From positions 2,160,001 through 2,192,000 of the forward strand of contig NZ_AP012549.1 in NCBI RefSeq assembly GCF_000829235.1: 32,000 nucleotides of DNA, given 5' to 3'. The notes under the pieces were generated by a model. It was not told where the DNA came from and did no database searches. It saw only the letters and a program-made list of their open reading frames with translations. This stretch comes from a cyanobacterium endosymbiont of Epithemia turgida isolate EtSB Lake Yunoko (GTDB lineage Bacteria; Cyanobacteriota; Cyanobacteriia; Cyanobacteriales; Microcystaceae). Each line of letters starts with the position of its first letter. The stretch's first letter is position 1. Shown one piece after another: positions 9,964 to 19,739 of this stretch. The translations under genes and the position numbers were made by a program.

Positions 9964-12294
9964 TTAATCAATTTTTTCCATTAACGTCACTCTAGGATTA
10001 ATAATTTTTTGTCCGAGTTCTAAAAATTGAATGGCTAAGTTAATTGTTTTTTTTGCTCCTAAAATATGAGTCACTTCTCCGATTCCAAAATTTGGATGAA
10101 TTAGACGATCTCCCACTGACCATTGTTGATTATATGTCTGAAGAGTTTTAGCTTTAAATGTGTCAGATTGATGATAAACTTTTAAACTATTCAAAAAATC
10201 ACTTTTAATTAAATCTGAAGGTAACTCTTTTAAAAATTGTGATGGAATTTTAGTTTCTTTTGATCCCCAAACAAACCGTTCTCTAGCATAGGTTAAAAAT
10301 AATTGCTCCTGTGCACGAGTCAATCCAACATAACACAAACGACGTTCTTCTTCTAAGGCTAGAGAATCATTTAAACTACGAATATGAGGTAATAATCCTT
10401 GTTCTAAACCAACTAAAAATACTACCGTAAATTCTAATCCCTTAGCTGAATGAAGAGTCATTAAAGACACTTTTTCTTGTTCTTCTTTTAAATCATCAAT
10501 ATCAGACGAGAGGGAAGCATTAGATAAAAATCCTTGTAGATTAATGTCTTCCGTATCTTTTTGGAATTGTAAAATAGCATTATATAACTCAGAAATATTT
10601 TCTAAGCGATTATTAGCTTCTTCAGTTTTTTTCTGTTTTAAGTTATCAATATATCCAGAAATTTCCATTACTTGATTAAGAATTTCTGCTCCTGACAAAC
10701 TAGTTATTTTTTTCTGAAAATATTTAATCATTTTAGCAAAATTATTGATTGATTTTGCTGCTCTTCCTATTAGAGTATTAACGGAAGTAGCATCAGAAAT
10801 AATTTCCCAAAGAGGGATTTCTAATTCTTGGGCTGCTTTAATTAAAACATCTATAGAAGTTTTACCAATTCCTCTACGGGGTATATTAATAATTCTTAGT
10901 AAACTAACGATATCTGCAGGATTAGCAATTAAGCGTAAATAAGCTAAAGCATCTTTGATTTCTTGGCGATCATAAAATTTAAATCCTCCTACAATTTTAT
11001 AGGAAATATTATTGTTAATTAAGCAATCTTCAAAAGGACGAGATTGAGCATTAATTCGATAAAGAATTGCAAAATTTCCCCAATTTAGTTCAGGGTTTTC
11101 TTTTACTAAGGTTTTTATTTTATTGATCACTATTTTTGATTCTATTTGTTCATTATCTGCTTGATAGCAATAAATATATTCTCCTAGTCCCCGTGTAGCT
11201 TTTAAAGTTTTATCAATGCGTTGGGTGTTATTTTTGATCAAGTAATTAGCCGCTTGTAATATATTTTCTCTTGAGCGATAATTTTCTTCTAATTTGACCA
11301 TGGTACGGGTATCTTCATCGGGCAAACCATCTCCAAAATCTGATTGAAAATTCAATAAAATGGTAAAATCTGCCATGCGAAAGCTGTAAATAGATTGGTC
11401 AGTATCACCTACGACAAAAATAGAACGATTTTGCCAACTCCATTCACTTTTTCTAGTTTCTCCATTAGTTGTTAATAAACTAATTAATTCATATTGAATT
11501 TGATTAGTATCTTGATATTCATCAACTAAAATATGCTTAAATTGGTTATGCCAATAGCCAAGGATAGATTCATTTTGCTGAAATAGTCTAACGGGAACTA
11601 GAATCAAGTCATCAAAGTCCAAGGCATTATTGGTCGCTAGTTGTAATTGATACTCATTATAAACTTCGGCGATAACACGATTTTTATAAGAAGAGTCTTG
11701 TTTAAGATATTTATCGGGAGATAATCCTAAATTTTTAAGATTACTAATCTGATAGCGTACTGAGCGAGGATCGAATTTTTTATCATCTAAATTAAATTGC
11801 TTAGTTACAATATTTTTAATTAGACTTTGTACATCAGATTCATCAAAAATTGAAAAATTTCGCTGCCATTGTCGTCCTCGTTCATCCTTATATTTATTGA
11901 TATCAAAGCGCAATATTTTCGCACATAAACTATGAAAAGTTCCAAGCCAAAGCTTTTTAGTAGTTGTTTTATAAACTTGTGATACAAATTTTTTTTGTTT
12001 ATCTTCAGAGAGAAGATCAAACCGTTGTCCATTATTGTTAATAGCCATTTCCTGGGCAAATAGTTTCTCAATTCGCTTTTTTATTTCCCTCGCTGCTTTA
12101 TTCGTAAAAGTAACAGCTAGGATGGAGTCTGGTTCAACATGATGATAACTAATCAAATAGGCAATTCTATAAGTGAGGGCTCTAGTTTTGCCTGACCCAG
12201 CACCAGCTGCCACTAATAAAGGTCCGCAAAAGTGTTCAACAGCTAGACGTTGTGAAGTATTAAGTTCGGCAAGAAAGTCATTATTAACAGTCAT
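9964..12294 (-). CDS. pcrA: ATP-dependent DNA helicase PcrA/UvrD (SF1)
   Basis: 776 aa with Walker A (AGAGSGKT), motif II (LVDEYQDTN), ENYRS, TLHSAKGLEF and VGLTRA. Confidence 0.93.
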   Translation of the reverse strand: MTVNNDFLAELNTSQRLAVEHFCGPLLVAAGAGSGKTRALTYRIAYLISYHHVEPDSILAVTFTNKAAREIKKRIEKLFAQEMAINNNGQRFDLLSEDKQKKFVSQVYKTTTKKLWLGTFHSLCAKILRFDINKYKDERGRQWQRNFSIFDESDVQSLIKNIVTKQFNLDDKKFDPRSVRYQISNLKNLGLSPDKYLKQDSSYKNRVIAEVYNEYQLQLATNNALDFDDLILVPVRLFQQNESILGYWHNQFKHILVDEYQDTNQIQYELISLLTTNGETRKSEWSWQNRSIFVVGDTDQSIYSFRMADFTILLNFQSDFGDGLPDEDTRTMVKLEENYRSRENILQAANYLIKNNTQRIDKTLKATRGLGEYIYCYQADNEQIESKIVINKIKTLVKENPELNWGNFAILYRINAQSRPFEDCLINNNISYKIVGGFKFYDRQEIKDALAYLRLIANPADIVSLLRIINIPRRGIGKTSIDVLIKAAQELEIPLWEIISDATSVNTLIGRAAKSINNFAKMIKYFQKKITSLSGAEILNQVMEISGYIDNLKQKKTEEANNRLENISELYNAILQFQKDTEDINLQGFLSNASLSSDIDDLKEEQEKVSLMTLHSAKGLEFTVVFLVGLEQGLLPHIRSLNDSLALEEERRLCYVGLTRAQEQLFLTYARERFVWGSKETKIPSQFLKELPSDLIKSDFLNSLKVYHQSDTFKAKTLQTYNQQWSVGDRLIHPNFGIGEVTHILGAKKTINLAIQFLELGQKIINPRVTLMEKID

Positions 12295-13536
12295 GGAGTT
12301 ACAGTTAAGGAGATGTATCTATAAGAGATCTTAGTTGAGAGACTCTCCTAAAATCAAACAACAGCGATTATCATTTTTGAATTAATATGAAATTACCTGT
12401 TCAAGAGTTTCATCTTGACAGATAAATGCAAATATAGACTATGTGAATAAGATAGAGAAGATTTTTTAAAAAATCTATATTTATTAAAGCTTTCAGAAGG
12501 GAATCAATAATTATTGTAATTATTTATCTAAACAAATCTCAAAAATTATCTCATAAAAGCGTAAATTATTTCTGGTTAAAATTAATTTGTAAAGCGATTT
12601 ACTTGCTTAATGACGTTAAATAAGATATTAATTTTATTAGTATAATTTTAAGTACTGATAACACAGTATTTTTTTTACAAATCATATTAATACTAATTAA
12701 AGTAATTCATTGAATATTTTAACTCAGATAATAATTATAAAAATTTTAAAATAATTAATCTAGCTATTTTATTTAGAGATTTTATAAATTTTAGTTACTT
12801 TAAATTGAAACCTAATTTTATCGAAGAAAAGATAATCTATCTGAAAATAATTATTTTCGACTGACATTGTTAAGTCTTTTAGAGTAAAATCCTCGTTTAA
12901 CTTATGTTACACGGAATATTCAAGTTGTTTTGTAAAAAAACTTGAATGTTTTAAAAAATAAAATTTAAGTTCTACACTAGAAATAGCTCAAAATTGATAT
13001 GTTTCAATTAAAAACTAAGAATGCTAGTCGGTTGAAAGTCTAGAGATAGATAAAACCTTGACAATTGTTTATCTAAAAGTGGTTAGAAAAATTAAGGGTT
13101 TATTTTTTTAAAAAAAATACAATTTAGCTGTAGTTAGCAAAAGTCTAGTGCTTTACTTGAAGATAACTTATCAGGTTGTTAACTTTTATTCTGCTTGAGT
13201 TACTTCTTGTTTGGAGTAAAAATTTAATTACTAATTAGCATAAAATATAAAAAAAATTATCTATTGAAGTCAGCTATAATTTTATTCAGTAAGGATTTTT
13301 ATTTATATAGAGATTGGAATTAAAATTTAGTCCCCTTATTTCTTAAGGTATTTGTTTGGTCTTGAGTAATTTTGAGTTAGTTCAATGTTACAGCAATTAA
13401 TTTATCTATTCAAGATAGTGCATATTTAACGTAATTTGTCAATGCATAACTCTTAGCCATACCATTGTAGTATTTGAATTCTTTAAAAAAATCTTAACTG
13501 TGCCAGAAAAGCTGTATCAAAATGCAAATTGTCATC

Positions 13537-13542
13537 TACAAT
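13537..13542 (+). promoter_or_regulatory. Candidate -10 element (TACAAT) for the Yfr1 sRNA
   Basis: TACAAT lies 6-7 nt upstream of the first stem of the sRNA. I found no clear -35 element. Confidence 0.35.
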
Positions 13543-13548
13543 GAAAAT

Positions 13549-13618
13549 AGCGGAGACAAATGTTTCCGTTCACTCCTCACACCACACTCCGCCCGGGCAT
13601 TGTTCGGGCGGTTTCTTA
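13549..13618 (+). ncRNA. yfr1: Yfr1-family cyanobacterial small regulatory RNA
   Basis: Exact ACTCCTCACAC undecamer at 13572-13582, sitting unpaired between stem-loop 1 (13551-13556 pairs with 13563-13568) and a GC-rich terminator hairpin (CCGCCCG 13589-13595 / CGGGCGG 13605-13611), followed by TTTCTTATTT. Size is about 70 nt and trxA lies immediately downstream. Confidence 0.8.
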
Positions 13619-13804
13619 TTTAACTAAGGTGTCAGAGAGATGTTCCTTTTATTTTAAAAAATATTAAGTTTTTAATTAAAAAGAAATAAATTATTTATAA
13701 AATTAAAAAGGCTCTTTCTTTTGTGGTAAATCAAGATAGTTTTCGTTATGGTAGAATTCTAGAGTATTCTAGAAAGGCATAAGCAATTAAAGGAATTCTT
13801 TATT

Positions 13805-14128
13805 ATGTCAAAGCCAGCCGAAGTGACAGATGAGAAGTTTAAAGACGACGTTTTAGACAGCGATATTCCAGTTTTAGTGGATTTTTGGGCTCCCTGGTGT
13901 GGTCCTTGTCGTATGGTTGCTCCAGTAGTAGAAGAAATCGCTGAACAGTATGAAGGCCAAGTTAAAGTCGTCAAACTTAATACCGACGACAATCCTCAAA
14001 TTGCAAGTCAGTATGGCATTCGTAGCATTCCCACTCTAATGATTTTCAAGGAGGGCCAGCGAGTAGATATGGTGGTTGGAGCAGTTCCCAAAACAACTTT
14101 GGCCAACACTATCGAAAAGTATCTCTAA
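13805..14128 (+). CDS. trxA: Thioredoxin (m-type)
   Basis: 107 aa with the WCGPC active site and near-canonical cyanobacterial TrxA sequence ([19 protein letters not shown]...[12 protein letters not shown]). Confidence 0.97.
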   Translation: MSKPAEVTDEKFKDDVLDSDIPVLVDFWAPWCGPCRMVAPVVEEIAEQYEGQVKVVKLNTDDNPQIASQYGIRSIPTLMIFKEGQRVDMVVGAVPKTTLANTIEKYL

Positions 14129-14140
14129 GAGATTCATAGA

Positions 14141-14168
14141 GGGAAAAGACATTGTAATGTCTTTTCCT
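14141..14168. terminator. Shared hairpin terminator between convergent trxA and the 255-aa ORF
   Basis: Perfect 11-bp stem GGAAAAGACAT (14142-14152) / ATGTCTTTTCC (14157-14167) with a 4-nt loop, 14 nt after the trxA stop and 15 nt from the opposing stop. The U-tract is weak on both strands. Confidence 0.6.
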
Positions 14169-14181
14169 CCTGTATTTCATG

Positions 14182-14949
14182 TTATTGAAAACGAACTCGT
14201 TGAGTCACTAAAGTCATACCATCTTTGCGGACTAGTAGAGCAGAAAGCCATCTGTCTTCCGGTTTTCCTGAAGCTTTGATTTGTTTAAACAGTCCACCAG
14301 CTTGCAGCAGTTCCAATTCCATTATTCCGGGTTCTAAATAGCGATTACTATCTACCCTTTCACTAATAGCCGTTCCAGCTAAGAGATCTTCATTAAGTGG
14401 TTCTTGAACAATGACATCAAAGTAAAACTTTTCTCCTACCTGCACTGTATCGGGTAGTTTAACGTCCACCTTGGGAGGATTCGATCCAGAATTGAGTTCT
14501 GTCCGTTCCGTCAAAATTTCCTGATGCAATAGTTTTCCATTTTGAAATGTTTGACGTGCTTTAATAGTGGCTTTAAGTTGAATGACTCGACCCAATGTTT
14601 CACTACTTCCTTCAATAATAGTTAAGGTTTTAGCCGTCCATCCTTTCTCTGTTTTATCCCAAGACTGAAGTTTGGTAGTGTATTGTAAATTAGGATAGTT
14701 TTCCCATAAAGATATTAGTGCTTTGGAAAAAGACTCGGCTGTTAACCCGTCAGTTGTAGCAAACTGATCGCCATATAAGGCCATCAACTTTTGATTATCA
14801 CGGCTATTAGCCGCCGTGTTTATTTTTTCAATTAAACTTCTCAAAGCATTAGGGACTGAATCGGCACTTTCTGCACGAGGTACATTAATACTGCCTAAAC
14901 TTAACCCCACGCCGAGCATTAAAAAGAGGAACCAACGCAATTGAATCAT
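14182..14949 (-). CDS. Exported hypothetical protein with an NTF2/SnoaL-like N-terminal domain
   Basis: Signal-peptide-like N-terminus (MIQLRWFLFLMLGVGLSLGSINVPRAES). The following segment (LIEKINTAANSRDNQKLMALYGDQF...) resembles NTF2-like folds. The function is unknown. Confidence 0.55.
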   Translation of the reverse strand: MIQLRWFLFLMLGVGLSLGSINVPRAESADSVPNALRSLIEKINTAANSRDNQKLMALYGDQFATTDGLTAESFSKALISLWENYPNLQYTTKLQSWDKTEKGWTAKTLTIIEGSSETLGRVIQLKATIKARQTFQNGKLLHQEILTERTELNSGSNPPKVDVKLPDTVQVGEKFYFDVIVQEPLNEDLLAGTAISERVDSNRYLEPGIMELELLQAGGLFKQIKASGKPEDRWLSALLVRKDGMTLVTQRVRFQ

Positions 14950-15059
14950 TCGTCTACATTACCTTCAAACATCCTATTGTGAAAAATACAGGCCCAGTCC
15001 TATTCTAGCGTATCTATACCTACAGTAATTTCTCTGTCTAACTCTAACTCATCACTAAT

Positions 15060-16118
15060 ATGGTTCGCCTATTAATTGCTGCAAGTGGAACCGGAGGTCA
15101 CCTATTTCCTGCATTAGCCTTAGCTGAATGCTTACCGGATTATCACATTGAGTGGTTAGGTGTTCGTGATCGGCTAGAACAAACTCTGGTCAGCGCTCAC
15201 TATCCTCTCCATACTATTGACGTAGAAGGGTTTCAAAGTCGTAACCCCATTAAAAGTTTAAAGGTTCTATTCAGACTGGCAAGAGCAATATTTCAGGTAA
15301 AAAAACTGATTAAAGAACATCAAATCAATATAGTGTTTACGACAGGGGGATATATTGCTGCTCCTGCTATTTTAGCTGCCCGTTTGTCAGGTATTAAAGC
15401 AATTATTCATGAATCCAATTTCATTCCAGGAAAAGTAACTCGTCTATTAAGTAGAGTTTGCGATAGAGTAGCTTTGGGATTTGAAGGAACGGCGGAGTAT
15501 TTACCACAGTCCGAGACAGTATGGGTCAGCACTCCTGTGAGATCACAATTTTACAGTCCTCAATCCCTGGACTTACCCATTCCTGACAATGTCTTCTTAA
15601 TTGTAGTAGTCGGGGGATCTCAAGGCGCTGCCTCTATCAACAAACTAGTTCGTCAATGCGCTCATTCTTGGTTGTCTGAAGGAGCATATATCGTCCATTT
15701 AACGGGAACACATGATCCTAATGATTTAAATTTACAGCATCCCCACTATTTCCCTGTACATTTTTATGACAATATGGCGGGATTGTTACAAAGAGCGAAT
15801 TTAGCGGTGAGTCGAGCTGGTGCAGGAACGTTAACAGAATTAGCTATTACTCAAACTCCAGCCATTTTAATTCCCTATCCTTTTGCCGCTGAAGATCACC
15901 AAACTTATAATGCTCAGATTGTTGGGAAAGCAGGTGCAGCGTTAGTTTATCGTCAAGAAGAATTAACCTCTGAAATATTAGAAAATTCAGTATTAAAATT
16001 ATTAAAGGATTGTGATCGACTTCAAAAGATGGCAAATAAAGCAGGAACTTTAGCTGTTTTTGATAGTGCCCAACAATTAGCTAAAATGGTTGAAGAAATG
16101 ATAACTATTAAGGTATAA
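15060..16118 (+). CDS. murG: UDP-GlcNAc:undecaprenyl-PP-MurNAc-pentapeptide GlcNAc transferase (MurG)
   Basis: 352 aa with the G-loop ASGTGGHLFPALALA, then GGSQGA and RAGAGTLTELA motifs. Confidence 0.93.
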   Translation: MVRLLIAASGTGGHLFPALALAECLPDYHIEWLGVRDRLEQTLVSAHYPLHTIDVEGFQSRNPIKSLKVLFRLARAIFQVKKLIKEHQINIVFTTGGYIAAPAILAARLSGIKAIIHESNFIPGKVTRLLSRVCDRVALGFEGTAEYLPQSETVWVSTPVRSQFYSPQSLDLPIPDNVFLIVVVGGSQGAASINKLVRQCAHSWLSEGAYIVHLTGTHDPNDLNLQHPHYFPVHFYDNMAGLLQRANLAVSRAGAGTLTELAITQTPAILIPYPFAAEDHQTYNAQIVGKAGAALVYRQEELTSEILENSVLKLLKDCDRLQKMANKAGTLAVFDSAQQLAKMVEEMITIKV

Positions 16119-18051
16119 CTTAAGTTGTTATTTTCTTTATATGTAAAGGTTTTAAATAAATGCGTAACAAAGATAAATAAATTGATATACAAAAAAAAAT
16201 TAATAAATTAAGTATATCTCTACTGTAAGGAAAGATAACTATACCAATAACTCCATGGGCTTAACATTTTCAATAAATCTGAACTACTCGCGACTGATTG
16301 ATCCTCTCTATTTCGAGGATCAATAAAACTGTAAATAAGAATACTAACCAAATATATCTTTAATAGGGAGGAGTAGAAGAAACCCTATTAGGAATATCAT
16401 CATAAAAATGATTAACAGAGAGAAGCTAATATTCAGATATGATTACTTTGAGACTATGACTATATTGATTTTAGCTAACTTACCTCTGTTCCACAGATGA
16501 TCAGAATTTCATAAATTATTTTTATGGCAATCTTAAAAAGCAATGAAATCAAGATAATGACTGTGTATTAGAAGAAAAGCGAAGATTTTGTTTTTCATAA
16601 AAAAACAAGTAAATAAAAATTGTTTAGGTCTATGCGTAGTGCTAATGCTAAATATTATTAAAGATTACAATCAAGAGTGACAAATATTTTAGCTGTTTGA
16701 CTTCGATCCGAACACTATTGTGGATAAGAATAACGAAAATATACTAGAGAATGCTAAAGATTATTTGACTCTAAAACTATCAAACCAATAAGCTGCAGAT
16801 ATATTGGAATAAACTGCCTGATATAATACTTATATTAACTTCAAATAAGGTAAAAAATTAGGCAGATTTAATACTGAGTACTAAGATTGCACTAACAAGA
16901 ATATTTGTAAAAAACTTTATTATAAAATAATTATGTAATTGATTTACTTTTAAAAAACTTAGTTTGACTCTTTATAAGAAAACTTTTATAAGAAGACTAT
17001 TATTGGTTCCAACATTACCAGGTTTAAATTGCTTAAAAATAATTTATGAATACTTCTCTGTACTGGTAAGATACCATTATATATTTGTATGATAAAGATA
17101 AAATTGTAACATAATTAATCGCCACTTATCGTAATGAAAGCATAACTAATTATGATAATCCTTTTGGCACTTTATTACGTCCAATTATTGGATAGTAAAT
17201 ATATATTAAAACGGCTAATTCTATTTTTTTAAATACTATATTTAATTAATATAACGTTGTTAACGGGTTCAAAAATAGTCTTTTCACTACTAATTTAGGG
17301 TTGTATATGAGTGACAAAGAAGTTGCTAAACAACTCATCTATATCAAAGTAATTGGACAGTTGTTAAATTCATCTCAAGATAGATCGTCGTCAAATTAAA
17401 TGTAATCAATGTGTAAATGTTTTATACAAAAATAGAAAGAACAATTATAGAAGTAAAAAAAAATTAAAAATAGTAAAATAGCTGTAAATGTTTCAAAAAA
17501 AATACAAAAGATTAAATAAAATTAGATATATAAAACATGCTCAGTTCTCTAATAAATATAATCTCTAAAAGAGGAGATTAGGACTATTGAAATTAGTGAG
17601 TTGGTTTCAATAAACTATGAAATATTATTTTTGTTTTGATGCAGAAATAATTCAAGGAATATTAGAAGGTATTAATTATAAATTGTATTTATATTGAGAG
17701 GAGAGCTTGGGAATTCAAGAGATCCATTAATTATTTTTGAATTACGAAATTTTTTGACTTGGTCTTTTACTGGTTAATTGTATATTATTAGTGCAATATA
17801 CCATTTAACTAAACTAAAACTTCTCAAGAAATATATAGACTTAAGTCTATATACTAAAGCTTTGTTAAATTATAGGAAATAGAAATTTATTGTCCCATAT
17901 TTCTCAGGCAAATTTTAAGAACCTTATTTTTGCACGCCGATCATCCTCCAAGTGGATGAAATCAATTTCATCTGTTAAGGGGAAGTTGATTGACGCCTGT
18001 GCCTGATTAAATCAAAGTAAGTAGATTTCGTCACAGAAGTAGAGGATGACT

Positions 18052-18204
18052 ATGACCATGACTCACAAGTCCCTAAAGCTGTTGATTGTTGTAGCTACCT
18101 TTTTCATCTGGGTACGGTTGTTTGTGGGGACTGTACAAACCCTGAATAGCACGACGGAAAATCACTGGAATAATCGAGCATTTGCTTCTGAAAAGACCAA
18201 GTAA
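18052..18204 (+). CDS. Candidate small single-pass membrane protein (50 aa; 52 aa if started at 18046)
   Basis: ORF too short to appear in the supplied track: MTMTHKSLKLLIVVATFFIWVRLFVGTVQTLNSTTENHWNNRAFASEKTK. GAGGA sits 5 nt upstream of the ATG at 18052. The ORF lies in a locally GC-richer island (17935-18300) that contrasts with the adjacent desert and uses GC-containing codons (ctg, cgg, ggg, acg). One predicted TM helix. Confidence 0.45.
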   Translation: MTMTHKSLKLLIVVATFFIWVRLFVGTVQTLNSTTENHWNNRAFASEKTK

Positions 18205-18224
18205 CTATTTATTTTATTTAACGG

Positions 18225-18282
18225 TCAAGGATAAGGTTGGGTCTAGCCTTTTGTGGGAAGACTCCGCACTATGTATCCTTGA
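18225..18282. terminator. Compound hairpin between the convergent small ORF and argJ
   Basis: TCAAGGATA (18225-18233) pairs with TATCCTTGA (18274-18282), enclosing an inner imperfect stem. It lies between the two convergent stop codons (18204 and 18301). Confidence 0.4.
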
Positions 18283-18300
18283 TTCGATGACGAGAGGGCG

Positions 18301-19542
18301 TCACGTTGTGTACTCTGAGTTAATTCTGATGTAGTCATAGCTTAAATCACAGCCCCACGCAGTCCCTTGTCCAGAACCATTACCAATACGCACTGAAATC
18401 GAGACCGTGTCTTCCTGGAGATAGGCTCCCGTAGCCGCTTGTCTCAAGTAATTGCTTGCCTCTTGCCGGTTGAATTTCATAGGCTGACCATTTTCTAGCA
18501 TCAATAAGTTCCCTAATTTTACTTGTAAATTTTCTTGACGGAAAGTGACATCGGCTCTTCCTGCAGCTGCTACGATACGTCCCCAGTTGGGGTCACGGCC
18601 AAAAATTGCCGATTTAACTAATGATGACCCGGCGATGGTTTTGGCGACACGCCGTGCTTCTTTATCATCTAATGCGCCTGAAACTTGCACCTCAATCAAA
18701 CAAGTTGCTCCTTCTCCATCTCTAGCAATCGCCTTAGCTAAATGTTGACAGACTGCCTTTAACATAGCTTGTAGTTTCTCGGCATCTTTACTCATTTCCG
18801 TAATCGTGGGGGTGCGGGATTGACCATTGGCTAAGGCAATAAAACAGTCATTTGTACTAGTATCCCCATCTACCGTAATTTGATTAAAACTTTCGTCAGC
18901 GACCTGACTGATCATTTTTTGCCAGAGAGGAGTGGCTACTAACCCATCACAGGTAATAAACGACAGCATAGTTGCCATCTTAGGATGAATCATTCCTGAG
19001 CCTTTAGCCATACCCCCAATACGGACTGGACGACCATCAATAGTGGTTTCTAGCGCGATGGATTTGGGTACTGAGTCAGTAGTAATAATTGCTTCAGCGG
19101 CAGCAGCTCCTCCAGTGTAGGACAAGGCATCCACTAAAGTTGGAATGCCTCGACGCATTTGATCCATGCGAATATTCTGACCAATCACTCCTGTGGAAGC
19201 TAAGAGAACCTCGTTAGGAAAAATATTGAGAGCATCTGCTAAGAGATTGGCACTTTCTATGACATCTTGCCACCCCTGTTCTCCTGTGGCGGCATTGGCT
19301 TGTCCAGCATTGCACATAATGGCACGACTACTGGCTTTGGCTTGGAGACATTGACGACAGTAGTCCACACAAGCGGCGCGAACTTGGGAAGTGGTAAATA
19401 CACCAGCTGCAATTGCCTTAGTGTCTGAGACAATGAGAGCTAAATCGGGAGTACCCGATGGTTTTAATCCTGCCGCAATTCCAGCTGCTTTAAAGCCTTT
19501 AGGGGCGGCAATTCCGCCACTAATCACCTGCCAGTCCATCAT
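18301..19542 (-). CDS. argJ: Bifunctional glutamate N-acetyltransferase / amino-acid acetyltransferase (ArgJ)
   Basis: 413 aa with the autoproteolysis site region GMAKGSGMIHPKMATMLSF, plus TVDGDTSTND and FGRDPNWGRI. Confidence 0.95.
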   Translation of the reverse strand: MMDWQVISGGIAAPKGFKAAGIAAGLKPSGTPDLALIVSDTKAIAAGVFTTSQVRAACVDYCRQCLQAKASSRAIMCNAGQANAATGEQGWQDVIESANLLADALNIFPNEVLLASTGVIGQNIRMDQMRRGIPTLVDALSYTGGAAAAEAIITTDSVPKSIALETTIDGRPVRIGGMAKGSGMIHPKMATMLSFITCDGLVATPLWQKMISQVADESFNQITVDGDTSTNDCFIALANGQSRTPTITEMSKDAEKLQAMLKAVCQHLAKAIARDGEGATCLIEVQVSGALDDKEARRVAKTIAGSSLVKSAIFGRDPNWGRIVAAAGRADVTFRQENLQVKLGNLLMLENGQPMKFNRQEASNYLRQAATGAYLQEDTVSISVRIGNGSGQGTAWGCDLSYDYIRINSEYTT

Positions 19543-19739
19543 AATACTTACCTATTTTCCTTGCCTATTGTTGAGGTTAGTTCAAAAGCTGATTATAGCA
19601 AGTAGATTTTGAGTCGATCTAAAAATATCAGTTTGAGGACTCGTTTCAACTTTATTGATGAAGAATGAGGAGTATTGCCTTAAAAGTTCGGCAACTTATT
19701 TAGACTAGAATGGGTGACATTTAGATAAATTTTCTCTAG

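Noticed and set aside
10745-12071. Two small ORFs within pcrA (10745-10942 on +, 11820-12071 on - out of frame)
   Set aside because: Both are nested inside the 776-aa helicase CDS, whose motifs run continuously through these regions.
12459-12476. Short pure-A/T palindromes (e.g. AGATTTTTTAAAAAATCT at 12459-12476, ATAATTAAATTTAATTAT near 25104, TATATAGACTTAAGTCTATATA at 17832-17853)
   Set aside because: Short A/T-only self-complementary runs are expected by chance in DNA of this composition. Only the palindromes with arms of 19 bp or more and mixed-base cores were reported.
13759-14279. ORFs 13759-13992 (-) and 14076-14279 (+)
   Set aside because: The first is antisense to trxA. The second runs from the trxA 3' end across the terminator hairpin into the convergent gene. 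Neither is plausible.
15847-16035. 62-aa - strand ORF
   Set aside because: It is antisense within murG.
17307-17399. 30-codon ORFs in the murG-argJ desert (17307-17399 MSDKEVAKQLIYIKVIGQLLNSSQDRSSSN; 16408-16500 MINREKLIFRYDYFETMTILILANLPLFHR)
   Set aside because: Neither has a convincing RBS, a compositional island or a recognisable motif. They cannot be told apart from chance ORFs or gene debris.
18545-19612. ORFs 18545-18748 (+) and 19391-19612 (+)
   Set aside because: Both are antisense to argJ. Their Ala/Pro-rich translations are typical of the reverse frame of a GC-richer gene.
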